This document shows positions 42,612 through 52,477 of a stretch of DNA of 64,000 nt, piece by piece. The position numbers and the translations under genes were made by a program. Each line of letters begins with the position of its first letter. The first letter of the stretch is position 1. Under the pieces are notes generated by a model. The model worked only from the letters and a program-made list of their open reading frames with translations, searched no databases and had not been told where the DNA came from. Source of the stretch: Ignavibacteriota bacterium (GTDB taxonomy: Bacteria > Bacteroidota > Ignavibacteria > UBA10030 > CAVZMI01); the NCBI GenBank assembly GCA_963776275.1, contig CAVZMI010000023.1:192001-256000 (forward strand). Direction: 5' to 3'.

Positions 42612-42728
42612 GCATAACGTACTGCGGCAACACGCCGTGCCGCCATTCCATGAAACATGAAATGACGGCGGCATGGAGCGAGCACCTTGAATATGAAACG
42701 GCGAGCGTCGTGTTGCCGCATGTTAGTT
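42612..42728 (-). repeat. Cassette recombination site (first cassette)
   Basis: GCATAAC-GTAC-TGCGGCAACACG ... CGTGTTGCCGCA-T-GTTAGTT. Confidence 0.87.
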
Positions 42729-42994
42729 GCAGGCGCCGCTTCCACTGCCCTTTTCCCAAAGGGATCAATCCGGACAGTTGGCGCGCGTTCTCCATGGTGG
42801 CAGTGCCTTGCCAGTTCTCTTGCCAATCGTGGCATACTGCAGACGCTAAGGACACGTTGAACTTTCCGAACAATTGACTGCTTCCTCGTGACTGCCGCAC
42901 GCTTGGGATGACGACCCATGCGCAATATCATAGTCTCATCGTTCATTCCACCGCGGTTCCAAATATTTCGGCCGGTCATTTTCGTGAGATTTTT

Positions 42995-43369
42995 TCAGTC
43001 GGTGCATAGATTTATTGTCGGGAGCATAAATTGTCCTACAAAGAATTTATTGTCAATCGTTACAATCGCATTGTAGTATGAGCCGATCCCAAGGAATCCG
43101 CTATTGTAGGTCACCATCAGTTCGACGCTGTGGCCGCTATAAGTTCCAGTTGCATTGATCCCTTTCCAATCAAAAACAGGGACCGATTTAGTTATTACGG
43201 TTGAATCATTGACTATTACCTTGATAGCTGGATATAGTCCCGATTTCTCAACTCTGACCTGCCAAGTCTCACTAGTTGCACACGGCGATTGATATGTTGC
43301 GAACTTCGATGAGTAGCAGCCCGCGATTAGAAAACCGAATAGTAAAAAGAACGGTAACTTTCTCTTCAT
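42995..43369 (-). CDS. Putative lipoprotein (first cassette)
   Basis: MKRKLPFFLLFGFLIAGC lipobox. Confidence 0.7.
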   Translation of the reverse strand: MKRKLPFFLLFGFLIAGCYSSKFATYQSPCATSETWQVRVEKSGLYPAIKVIVNDSTVITKSVPVFDWKGINATGTYSGHSVELMVTYNSGFLGIGSYYNAIVTIDNKFFVGQFMLPTINLCTD

Positions 43370-43616
43370 ATTCTGCCTTTTTCTGTCTGATTTACTCCGA
43401 GACCGGAACTGCGGCTAAAGATGACCTTGACTGACACCTTTGGAACAGCTTGGTCATCGGCGCCATGGTAAGCAACGGTCGCCACGGAGATACCAACTCG
43501 TCTCTTCATTGATTGCCCTTGATAAAAATCCTCCACGAATTTATCAGGTCTCATGTTAAGTGTTCCAGCATTGCCGCGCGCCAACAAGTCGCAACCACTC
43601 TTTTAATAACTTTCTG

Positions 43617-43668
43617 GCGGCGCTTGCAACTAACATTTGCAACAACGCTATATAGCGTTGTTCTCTTT
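43617..43668 (-). other. Putative primary insertion site (attI-equivalent)
   Basis: GCGGCGCTTGCAACTAA|C-ATTT-GC-AACAACGCTATATAGCGTTGTT. A lone core plus a palindrome overlapping the recombinase stop. Confidence 0.65.
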
Positions 43669-44583
43669 TTTATCTGTGTCAGGAAGATAAATCTTTCTAT
43701 CTTTTTCTTCCTTCGGTAGCTCTTCTATCATTGAGTCGAGCGGACTTTTAATCTTCCCGATCGTACGAGTACTTATATGCGTGTAAATTTCTGTCGTTTT
43801 AATACTGCCATGCCCTAATAACTCTTGAATGTACCGTATATCCGTTCCATGTTCCAATAGAGCTGTCGCAAATGAATGCCGGAGTGTATGCATAGAAACC
43901 GTCTTGCGGATACTGGCTGATTTCACTGCACGTTCAATGACTTCCTGGATGCTCCGTTCTGATAAATGTCGTCCCGGTTTTGCACCGGGAAAAAGCCATC
44001 CGACTTCAGTAATCCTATATAATTGTACATAAGCATGGAGAGCACTCAGTACCGCTCTTGAAAGAATTGTGTATCGATCCTTTTTATGCTTTCCTTCTCG
44101 TACATGAATAACCATCCTTACCACATCAAGATCTTCGGTTCGCAAACGAACAACCTCGCCCACGCGTAATCCGCTTCCATAGGCGATCATCAACATTACT
44201 TTATGTTTTAGATTATCAATTTCTCTGAATATTCTTAGAACCTCTCCCTGATTCAGTACATCAGGGAGTCTTTTCTCCTTCATCGGCCGAGGTATTGAAT
44301 CGATCTTAAAAGGCATTCCATATAAATCGACATACAGTAATCGTAGAGCGTTAAAAACCTGGTTAATGCTCGATGCCTGGAATTGACGCTCCTCGATCAA
44401 GTAAAGCAGGTACGAGTGAATATCGTCCTCTGTCACATCGCGCGGGTGCCGCGGTCGAAAATAACTCACAAAGGAATGAAGCCAGCTAATATACGATTTG
44501 ATCGTCTTCGAACTATAGTTTTTCAGGCGCATCTCGCGCCGAACTGTCTCGAAAAACCCCGGCTTACTTTGTAACTTCTCCAT
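43648..44583 (-). CDS. Integron-integrase-like tyrosine recombinase lacking the IntI-specific insertion
   Basis: N-terminal MRLKNYS.KTIKSY (SAM-like), GLRVGE (R), GKHKKDR (K), HTLRHSFAT (HxxR), LLGH, TTEIYTH (Y), KSPLD. Confidence 0.9.
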   Translation of the reverse strand: MEKLQSKPGFFETVRREMRLKNYSSKTIKSYISWLHSFVSYFRPRHPRDVTEDDIHSYLLYLIEERQFQASSINQVFNALRLLYVDLYGMPFKIDSIPRPMKEKRLPDVLNQGEVLRIFREIDNLKHKVMLMIAYGSGLRVGEVVRLRTEDLDVVRMVIHVREGKHKKDRYTILSRAVLSALHAYVQLYRITEVGWLFPGAKPGRHLSERSIQEVIERAVKSASIRKTVSMHTLRHSFATALLEHGTDIRYIQELLGHGSIKTTEIYTHISTRTIGKIKSPLDSMIEELPKEEKDRKIYLPDTDKKENNAI

Positions 44584-44871
44584 CTTCTTTTCTCCAGAAT
44601 TGTTCCTCTACATTAAATAGAACGATTCTGGGTTACAGGTGGAGTTATCGTGCCATCTCTTCTCTAAATTAAAAAGTGGATGCGTCTATGAGTTTGTTCC
44701 AGTATAAGAGCCAAATATCACACCCTATCAGACAGGTTCGAAGGCGGCCCAATAAAAAATGTCGGGAGTATCTATGTCAAACGGAGTATAATAAACTGCG
44801 AATTAAAAAGCAATTATGTTGGAAATGCCTGAGTATTCTTGAAAACATAGAATCTACCGGCTGCCGATCGT

Positions 44872-45015
44872 TCACTCCAATATCTTTTGAAAAATATGCA
44901 CGTCTAAAAGTTTCCCAAATTGATAACTGACCTCTTTCAACGTACCGACATGAAAATAGCCGAAACTTTCACAGAGATGAAAGCTTTCGCTGCTCTCACC
45001 TGCCACGGGGGCGAT
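44872..45015 (-). pseudogene. Truncated 3' copy of the GNAT acetyltransferase gene
   Basis: GTTCACTCCAATATCTT(T/C)TGAAAAATATGCACGTCTAAAAGTTT matches 45474-45520, and similarity continues for about 130 bp. Confidence 0.65.
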
Positions 45016-45068
45016 AAGCGAATGATATCGCAAGCGATGTTAATCAGGTATCGTCTTATCCGCGACGT

Positions 45069-45431
45069 TCAGACTACCTGTTCAGCCGTGTAATATTCTA
45101 ATACCATCAAGGCAAATCTGCTGGAAACGCTTGCTCGTCATCCTCCCATTTCAATTCCAACCTCGATTGCTTCAATTATTTGTTCTCTTGTCGCTCCTCC
45201 TTTTAAGGCTTCATGTATATGCCATTCCATGCAGGGTTCACAGTTTTTAAAAATTGAAATTCCCAAACCTATAAGTTCCTTATATTTTTTCTCCAGATTA
45301 TTATCTTTATATGTAGTTAGATCCAACTTATTGAATATCCTGTACACTTCGGAGGATTTCATCAAATTGGCATGTCCGACCTTTCGATCTTCAATGATCT
45401 TTTCGATTTTTTCTTTGTCTGCTTTATCCAT
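45069..45431 (-). pseudogene. Carboxymuconolactone decarboxylase/AhpD-family protein with in-frame TGA
   Basis: KYKELI.LGIS...CEPC..WH...GAT.EQI.EA..V..EMGG*RASVSSRFA. The frame continues to 45069. Confidence 0.7.
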
Positions 45432-45475
45432 TTATGTTTTCTCCTGTAATATAAAATCTATCGTCCACTCTCCGT

Positions 45476-45976
45476 TCACTCCAATATCTTCTGAAAAATA
45501 TGCACGTCTAAAAGTTTTCCGAATTTTCGACCGACCTCTTTCATTGTGCCGACATGAACGAAACCGAAACTCTCGTTAATATGCAGACTTACATCGCTTT
45601 TACCCACAACTCGTGCGATGATTGTATGATAACTCAAACGCCGGGCTTCGTCGATGATCGCCTGTTTAAGCTTTCGTCCGATTCCCTGTCCGCGGTATTC
45701 CGATTTTACGTAGAACGATGTTTCTCCGGTGTCATCATACCCGCGGCGCTCAGACCATCTACTCAACGATGCCCAGCCGATTACCTTGCCGCCCATTACC
45801 GCAACAATAATCGGATGCCTCTCATCATGCAACTGAAACCACTCCCGCCGTTCGTCCGTACTCTTCGGTTCGGTATCGAAGGTTGCTGTCGTTGTGAGTA
45901 TTGCCTCGTTGTAGATTTCAGTGATCGCGTCGAGGTCCGTTAATTCGGCTCTTCTGATCGTGATGGAATTGTTCAT
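45476..45976 (-). CDS. GNAT N-acetyltransferase (phosphinothricin acetyltransferase-like)
   Basis: IYNEAI..TTATFD, RGQGIG..L, FGF.HVG.MKEVG.KFG..LDV. Confidence 0.88.
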   Translation of the reverse strand: MNNSITIRRAELTDLDAITEIYNEAILTTTATFDTEPKSTDERREWFQLHDERHPIIVAVMGGKVIGWASLSRWSERRGYDDTGETSFYVKSEYRGQGIGRKLKQAIIDEARRLSYHTIIARVVGKSDVSLHINESFGFVHVGTMKEVGRKFGKLLDVHIFQKILE

Positions 45977-46067
45977 AGTCTATTAAGAAAAAAATAAACA
46001 CAGAGTTCTCAAAGTACTAATTAGAAAGCTAATGGAGAGGACACAGAGTTGAAATGGCTGTCTCATT

Positions 46068-46145
46068 TAGGCCGCACCTACGGTGCTACTGCTTTTGATT
46101 GTTGTTGATAGTACTACAAATAGGCCACCCCTACGGGGTGTCCTG
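46068..46145. repeat. REP-like doublet
   Basis: TAGGCCGCACCTACGGTGC ... TAGGCCACCCCTACGGGGT, related to 1602-1678. Confidence 0.55.
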
Positions 46146-46199
46146 AAATGGGAATTTGTTTTTTTAGGACTGTTTTTGTACTTAGATCTTAATAGTTGC

Positions 46200-47872
46200 T
46201 TACTCTTGCTTTACGGCATCAGGCTTCACATTTGCATCAAGCTCGATTGCTTTTTTTACATTTTTGAATTCGGGACCGATGAGACGGATTTTCGCCGATT
46301 TCTCTCCCGTGACTTTGAGGAACACATCGGATGCCGCAGGGTATATCCCGCCGTTGATCGTGATATTTCGGCTCTGGATGACGTTGATAACGGCTCCCGA
46401 TTGTGGAACGATCCTGCAGTTGTTCAGTTGTACACTGTCCGCATCGGCGATGTATGCGCCTCGTTTCGATGATATGGATACGTTATCGAGAACCATGTTC
46501 TTAATCGACATTTCGGGAAGTCCGTTGATGACAATCGCCCGGTCGGCTCCGTTGCAGACGATGTTCCTGACATGGAAATCCCTGAACTGCGGCGTCATGT
46601 CGTTCACAGGCTCCGCCTTCCGGATGGTCAGGTTCTTGGTGGCTTCCGCTTCGGGCGCACCGCCGGTGTAATACATATCAAAGAGAATGGCGTCGGTCTT
46701 ATCCCGCGCATTTGAATTCCGTCGATGAATACCTTCTCGACCAACCCGCCTCTTCCACGAGCCGATTTGAAACGAAGTCCTACATCCGTTCCGATGAAGA
46801 GACAATTACGGACCGAGACGTTACATACGCCGCCATAGCTCTCACTGCCGATGACAAATCCCCCGTGCGCTTTATAGACTATGCAGTCGGCAATTACGAT
46901 ATTCTGACATGACGGCCCCGGTGTCTGGCTCTCGGCAATGGTTGACGGCTTGAGGCAGATTCCATCGTCGCCCACGTTCACGGTGCAATTGTAGATCACA
47001 ACGTTGCGGCACGATCTTGAATCGATACCGTCGGTGTTTTGTCCGTACTCCGGTGCGAGCACCTTCACATTACGGATGATGACATTTTCACAATGGCTGG
47101 GATATATGTTGAACTTTGGCGAGTTCTCGAAGGTCGGACCGTCAAGTAATATGTCGTTGCACTGTTCGATATGCACGAGGTGCGGACGCAAATATTCCCG
47201 CGTTTTTCTAAAATCCGCTTCTGAGGGTTCCTTGTTCGACTTCGTACTTTCACTCAGATAGCGTTCTCCTTCCATTGCTTCCTTCGATGGCCACCACTGT
47301 TTACCATCGGGTGTCACAATGCCTCCGGATGCAACGAGGGTTTTCCATTGAGTATCCGTCATATCGATTTTTTTTACATAGCGCCACACTTCACCGGAGC
47401 CGTCAAAAACGCCGTCGCCGGTGACGGCAATATTTTTTGCTTTGTATGCGTAGATGGGCGGTGTGATTATATAGCGCCTGGATTTGCCGTCGAAACCCGC
47501 AATGAACGGAAAATCTTCGATGTTCCTGCTGAACTGAACGAGCGCTCCCTTCTCGACATGCAAGTTGATATTGCTTTCAATTTTGATCGGCCCGGTTATC
47601 CATGTCCCGGACGGGACGACAACTGTTCCACCGCCTGCTTTGGCACACGCTGCAATGGCGTCGTTAAATGCTCTGGTGTTTAATGTGCAGCCGTCGGCGA
47701 TAGCTCCGTAATCGACGATGCTAACGACGTGTTCGGGAAACTGCGGTTCCCTAATTTCCTGCATCGGGAAGGGGAGGTTGATTAGATAGTCCTTGAGTTG
47801 CTTCTGACCTCCTGCAACTGCACTGAGTGTAAGCACGAACAGGAAAGCGATTGAAGTATATTTGTATGACAT
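46200..47872 (-). CDS. Glycoside hydrolase family 28 (polygalacturonase-like), frameshift near 46705
   Basis: SIVDYGA, NTDGID, GDDGICLK, HGGFVIGSE, GLRFKS. The C-terminus is in ORF 46200-46805. Confidence 0.88.
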
Positions 47873-48062
47873 AAGGTTTTCTATTTCAATAATTGTACAT
47901 ACGTTATCAGTCGTTAAATCCTGATAAAAGGTTTTTTTATCTGGTTGCTATATTTTTAGACAGACTCCCTATACATCTAAATAGAGTTGCATACCTAATA
48001 CTTGCGTATCCATCGTTTTGGGTAACGAGACATACAACCGTATAATTGATGACGCAAATCTT

Positions 48063-49762
48063 TCATTCCCGGATATACATCTGATATTGATAAGTAACGG
48101 TCTGTTCTTCATCCGGTTTCAAGTCGATTCCCCAAGTGAGTATGTGCTTCGGGTTTACCTGTTTGAGTCCTTTGGCTGTTTTAATATCTTTCGATTTCGG
48201 CATACTCTCGAGGACTTCGCCGGATAACTCTTTGGTGATCTCGACATCGATCGCCTTATCGAGCTTATTCCTGATTTTTAATTCGCCGCGCACCTTCACA
48301 AGATCGTAATGATACCCATGGAATACGGCGGCCTCTCGCTTGCGCTCGACTTCGATCTCAGCCTGTTCTGCCAGCAGATTCAGCGCCTTATTGATCCGGA
48401 TTGTCGTTTCTGCTTTGGGCGCCGTATAGTAGCATACATCCTGTCCGGTAAATTCGTTGTTTGTCATGAACTCCGTTGCCGCAGTAGTCAACGGCATGCT
48501 GAGAGTATTGACTAAACGACAGGAATGCCATACCTCCTCGGCTGCCTTACGATCCTGCGTTTCGCTCTCGGGACGGTAACGATCGTCGTTGTCGATAAAA
48601 TCCTTGATCTTCCATGTATAGATATGTTTGTACGGCATCTCTGCTGTGAACAGCGGTATCCAGGCGGTTTCATTCTTCATTAGGGTGAAATTTTTCACCG
48701 GATAGAAAAAGAGATCCTCTGCGACCAATCCTTCCGCCGCTGTGGAATATCCGGGTACCAAAGCGGACGCATCTTCCTCATATCTTTCGGCCTGATTAAC
48801 GACCATGGCCTGCTGCATCATATACTGATTTCCTGAACGCCGGCCGCCGGATCCCGACAACGCACTGAGAAAATCTGCAAGGTTCTGACTTTTTGCAATG
48901 GGATTGAGAACATCTCCAAACTTGATATTCGGAAAACCGGTAGCAAGCTGCAACTTCACATTCTTAAAATCGGTCATTTCGTTCATGATTACCGCGTGGG
49001 CGCTAAATTTTGCAGTTTTCGGTCCGACAGATCGATGAGATAACTCGGGGACCATGTAACGCCGCGCGCAAGATAACTGACGGAGATTTTTTCACCACCG
49101 GCAGGTTTCTCAAGCTTCATCCGTATGCTTGGACGTTTCTGTGTAATGTATGTTGTATTAACAGGTTCACCATCTACAAACTCGGCACGATGAATTGAAT
49201 TGTCCTCCATTGCAATAATTCCTTGCGCGGTTTTTGCTATGAGTATTTTGCTCGAAGGGATCTCCGATATATTCCTGCCGTAGGGATCTTGTGACCGACG
49301 CGTACCCATAAAGTAGGGATTTTGAATTTCCGGGGGTTCTTTCGGTGTTGTCTCTGCCAGTACCGTGCATTCAACATCGCGGCCAGAGGTATACAATATC
49401 ACTTTGCGCCCCGTATTCAATCGCAGGAGTTCTCCGATGGATTGTACGGGGACTTTCTTTTCCTGATCTTCCATCGATGTGATAAGGCTTTGCAGTTTTA
49501 CATCCTTTGGATATCCCACCCAGAAAGTGCCAAAAGCCGGTACCGGAAGTTGTCCGATCCTTACAGATTGGGCGTCCTCCGGCAATGTTGCGTTTGATAT
49601 TATAAATCCGAGTCCGTTTTTGAAAAGTGTGAGTTTCTCGATTTCCAATTTTGCATTCTGTGGCGTATCATCTCCTGCTCGCACAGTTTGGATTTGGCAG
49701 AACAGACCGAACGCCATCCCGAATACTACGACGAATTTGATTACTCCGGAGGAATGTCTCAT
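48063..49762 (-). CDS. DUF4139-like secreted protein, frameshift near 49020
   Basis: LTLFKNGLG and SYLARGVTWSPSY continue into LQLATGFPN...LTWGIDLKP.EE..VTYQY. Confidence 0.72.
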
Positions 49763-49773
49763 CTTTGTGTCTC

Positions 49774-50010
49774 CTATTTGGGGGAAGCGGCAAGTTTCTT
49801 TTTCCCCAGCATGAACGGAAAATATTTATTGATAATCAAGTTTGATAAAAAACCGGATAACACGAAAAACATAGGTAGTTGAAATGAATAGATGAAACTC
49901 TCGGCAGTTGCATTCTTAAGAGTAAAATGTCCCAGAATTACAAAATAGATGCCACTTGTTTTGGTATAATCGACCCAGTATTTCCTCTCTTTCATTATTA
50001 TCCTCTCCAC
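49774..50010 (-). pseudogene. Acyltransferase family 3 N-terminal fragment
   Basis: R..WVD..K..GIYFVILGH...IYSFQLPMFFVLSG followed by an early stop. Confidence 0.65.
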
Positions 50011-50092
50011 AGAACCACAGACTCTATATCTACTTATGCCGGAGAGACCCGGATGGTAAGTATCAATCTGGTGACCGATACAATGTAATTTC

Positions 50093-50935
50093 TCAGGTAT
50101 GTTTTATTATCTTCCTAACAAATTCGACCAACTCTTGAGTTCCTTTCTCCACATTTATATCCGGCGGGATATTCGTACCGATCCATTTTACGTTGAAGAT
50201 TGATTTTTCCCGCGGTTTTAGAGTTTCATATTTCCCCTGTATTTCAATTTCAATATAATCCGCTGCCGGACTGATATAAAAGAGTACTTCTGCTTCTCCC
50301 GGGGCTTGCATTTCCGGTTTGATATCACGGAATCTCTTGATGAATAATTTGCCGTCGATTGCGTATGCCACCCAGCCTTCGGAACCGTCGGTGATGCTGA
50401 GCTTTTCGCTGGCCGGTCTTTCTTTTTCGTCTTTATACCAGGTAATACCGTTCATAATATCCGCACGGGCAAGCTCGAATTGCTTTTTCCCCATCGGCCG
50501 CTCTCCGATAGGGAAGAATAACAGTCCGCCTTTATGCACTCTAGAAATTTCCCACGGAGCGGTTTTCTTTATCTCATTGCTCTTGTTGACGATTGTGTAC
50601 GTTAAGTTCATTTCCGCCAGAGACCGATTCTTGCCGGCGGAGAATTCTTTTACAAATTGGAAACCGGTAATAGGATCTTTCTCGCTGGTAATTTTTATCG
50701 ATTTCTTTTTTTCCCAAACCGAATAAGGGTCGCTGTCCAGTACCGGCGGCGGCGGCCAGTTCCATAATGACTGAGGACTCGGCCAGAATGTTGAACCGTA
50801 ATTATCCGGGTGGATCTCTTTGCCGGTAAGGAATTCATAGTCATCCAATTTGTATGAGATTATCCTTCCTCCGGCTGCAGGGTCGATCGCCAAGCTCGTC
50901 ATCCCGGAGGTAATCGAATAATAACCGCTGTCCAT
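50093..50935 (-). CDS. DUF4380-like / galactose mutarotase-like protein
   Basis: GGRIIS, NYGSTFWPSPQS.W.WPPP, YIEIEIQG.Y. Confidence 0.65.
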   Translation of the reverse strand: MDSGYYSITSGMTSLAIDPAAGGRIISYKLDDYEFLTGKEIHPDNYGSTFWPSPQSLWNWPPPPVLDSDPYSVWEKKKSIKITSEKDPITGFQFVKEFSAGKNRSLAEMNLTYTIVNKSNEIKKTAPWEISRVHKGGLLFFPIGERPMGKKQFELARADIMNGITWYKDEKERPASEKLSITDGSEGWVAYAIDGKLFIKRFRDIKPEMQAPGEAEVLFYISPAADYIEIEIQGKYETLKPREKSIFNVKWIGTNIPPDINVEKGTQELVEFVRKIIKHT

Positions 50936-50943
50936 TGCCGTCC

Positions 50944-51423
50944 TTATCTAATGTTTGATTGATGTGATTGAATTACTTTCCATTTATCGTTGAGTTTTTC
51001 ATAAACGAACGACCAGAAAAATTTTACCATAAAAGGATTGCCCGAACTGACATTTACTTTCGTATCTCCGGAGGCAGTCAATAGTGCAATATTTTTCGAA
51101 AGAACGGTTATTTTTTTACTTTTAATCGTAATGTGCTGATTGTTAACGCCCCGAGACCGCGTTTTGAAGTTATTCATTAATGAGTCAAATCGTTCAAAAT
51201 ATAATCCGTTGACAATGAAACCTGCATTGTATCTATCGTCGACGCCTTCAGTCAGTTTCTCCGTATCGAGGTTCTCGGCAGCCTTCACCTCAATAATAAA
51301 GACAGAATCGATCTCTTTTTCAATTTCAGCTTTCTGTTGATCTGATATGGTCTGGGCATTGGAAAAAAACATAAATCCCAACGTAAAAAGACATATTAAT
51401 GAAATTGTGACTATTTTTTTCAT
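50944..51423 (-). CDS. NTF2/SnoaL-like secreted protein
   Basis: Signal peptide and C-terminal SFVYEK...KWKVIQSHQS. Confidence 0.7.
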   Translation of the reverse strand: MKKIVTISLICLFTLGFMFFSNAQTISDQQKAEIEKEIDSVFIIEVKAAENLDTEKLTEGVDDRYNAGFIVNGLYFERFDSLMNNFKTRSRGVNNQHITIKSKKITVLSKNIALLTASGDTKVNVSSGNPFMVKFFWSFVYEKLNDKWKVIQSHQSNIR

Positions 51424-51502
51424 GATAGTATGATGATTGTGGGAATGAGGATATAAAAGCCGGCGCGGAGCGCCGACTTTGTTTGGAAGACTCGTGATGA
51501 CG

Positions 51503-51922
51503 TTAATTCTTGACTTTTATATCAATGAGTTTCTTTACAATCTCGAGATCACTTGTAACGCGAACTTCGATATTGAACGATCTGCCTTCGGCATATGGCC
51601 GTGCGTCCCGGATTTTATTCATGATATTCGGAGGCAAAGAACTTTTTTCGGCTACTTCGACGGCGTTTTTGTCAAACACAAATAAAACCAGGAAATACCC
51701 CTTGCTGGGGTACAGGTAAAACATTGTATGCCCGTCGTATTTCATGCTCATTATCCAGCCGGATTTTTCCCCGTACGATTTCCATTCCTCGGTGATAGGG
51801 GAGAAGGATGCGCCGACATATTCACGTAATTCATCCCAGAATCGCCTTGATTTCCCGAGTGCTTCTGTAACGTCGAAATCGTTTGGCTGTCTCAGTTTGC
51901 TGTCGAAGATACTTACTGCCAT
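51503..51922 (-). CDS. DUF3788 family protein
   Basis: EWKSYGEKSGW, FYLYP, ARPYAEGR, LIDIK. Confidence 0.78.
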   Translation of the reverse strand: MAVSIFDSKLRQPNDFDVTEALGKSRRFWDELREYVGASFSPITEEWKSYGEKSGWIMSMKYDGHTMFYLYPSKGYFLVLFVFDKNAVEVAEKSSLPPNIMNKIRDARPYAEGRSFNIEVRVTSDLEIVKKLIDIKVKN

Positions 51923-52172
51923 TTATTTATTCCATGGAATGGGTTTCGTGAGAAGGGGGAATTTCTTATCGTTTACAATAATACGTAATAATTACTCAAA
52001 ATGCAATAGTAGTTGTCTGCTAATGCTCTAAAATTGACTTTGTAATGGGTAGAATATTTTATTATTTGATTTTTAGAGATTACTGTAAGTATGACTTCCC
52101 GACTATACAAGAATTAGTAAATCGAGACCTCTGAATAACATATCCGGTCGGAGAAAAATGAATGCCAAATGG

Positions 52173-52342
52173 ATGGCCACGACCTTCAGGTCGTGGATTT
52201 TTAAATTAAAAAAATCTTTACGGGCTTTAGCCCTACATCAATTTTATGTAGGGTTAAAACCCCTCATTTTTCTCCTCTTATTTCCCACGAGCTAACCCCA
52301 CTGGAAAGCGTGGGGCGTAAAAGCCCGAGCTCGTGGCAATTC
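52173..52342. repeat. REP-like palindrome cluster
   Basis: GCCACGACCTTCAGGTCGTGG, GGGCTTTAGCCC, GGGTTAAAACCC, CCACGAGCT...AGCTCGTGG. Confidence 0.55.
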
Positions 52343-52477
52343 AGAAAATACAGATTGTTTTTAGACCACTGGCTCTATTGTGTCCATAGAAAATATGTAA
52401 ACAGAGTTTTTCAGAACGTCCCAAATCATAAATCTCAAATCATAACTTACATGTATCCTTATTTTTAAAACGGCCTT

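Larger units (their letters stand above)
24140..44583 (-). mobile_element. Integron-like gene cassette array with downstream-facing tyrosine recombinase
   Basis: At least 12 related structured sites separate unrelated minus-strand genes of mixed GC content. A recombinase lies at the right end. The left boundary is approximate. Confidence 0.85.

Noticed and set aside
28528-42728. Array sites as simple intrinsic terminators or REPs
   Set aside because: They lack U-tracts and vary in sequence while keeping AAC/GTT cores and fixed geometry. They also show cassette-specific end pairing and unit duplication.
29898-42979. Short ORFs spanning the sites (e.g. 30723-30911, 36138-36398, 37814-38194, 41613-41866, 42545-42979)
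   Set aside because: They cross cassette boundaries, lack RBS and motifs, and are most likely spurious.
43648-44583. Housekeeping XerC/XerD or class 1-3 IntI
   Set aside because: The N-terminus and the KSPLD tail are integron-integrase-like and the gene abuts a cassette array, but the IntI insertion is missing. No gene symbol was assigned.
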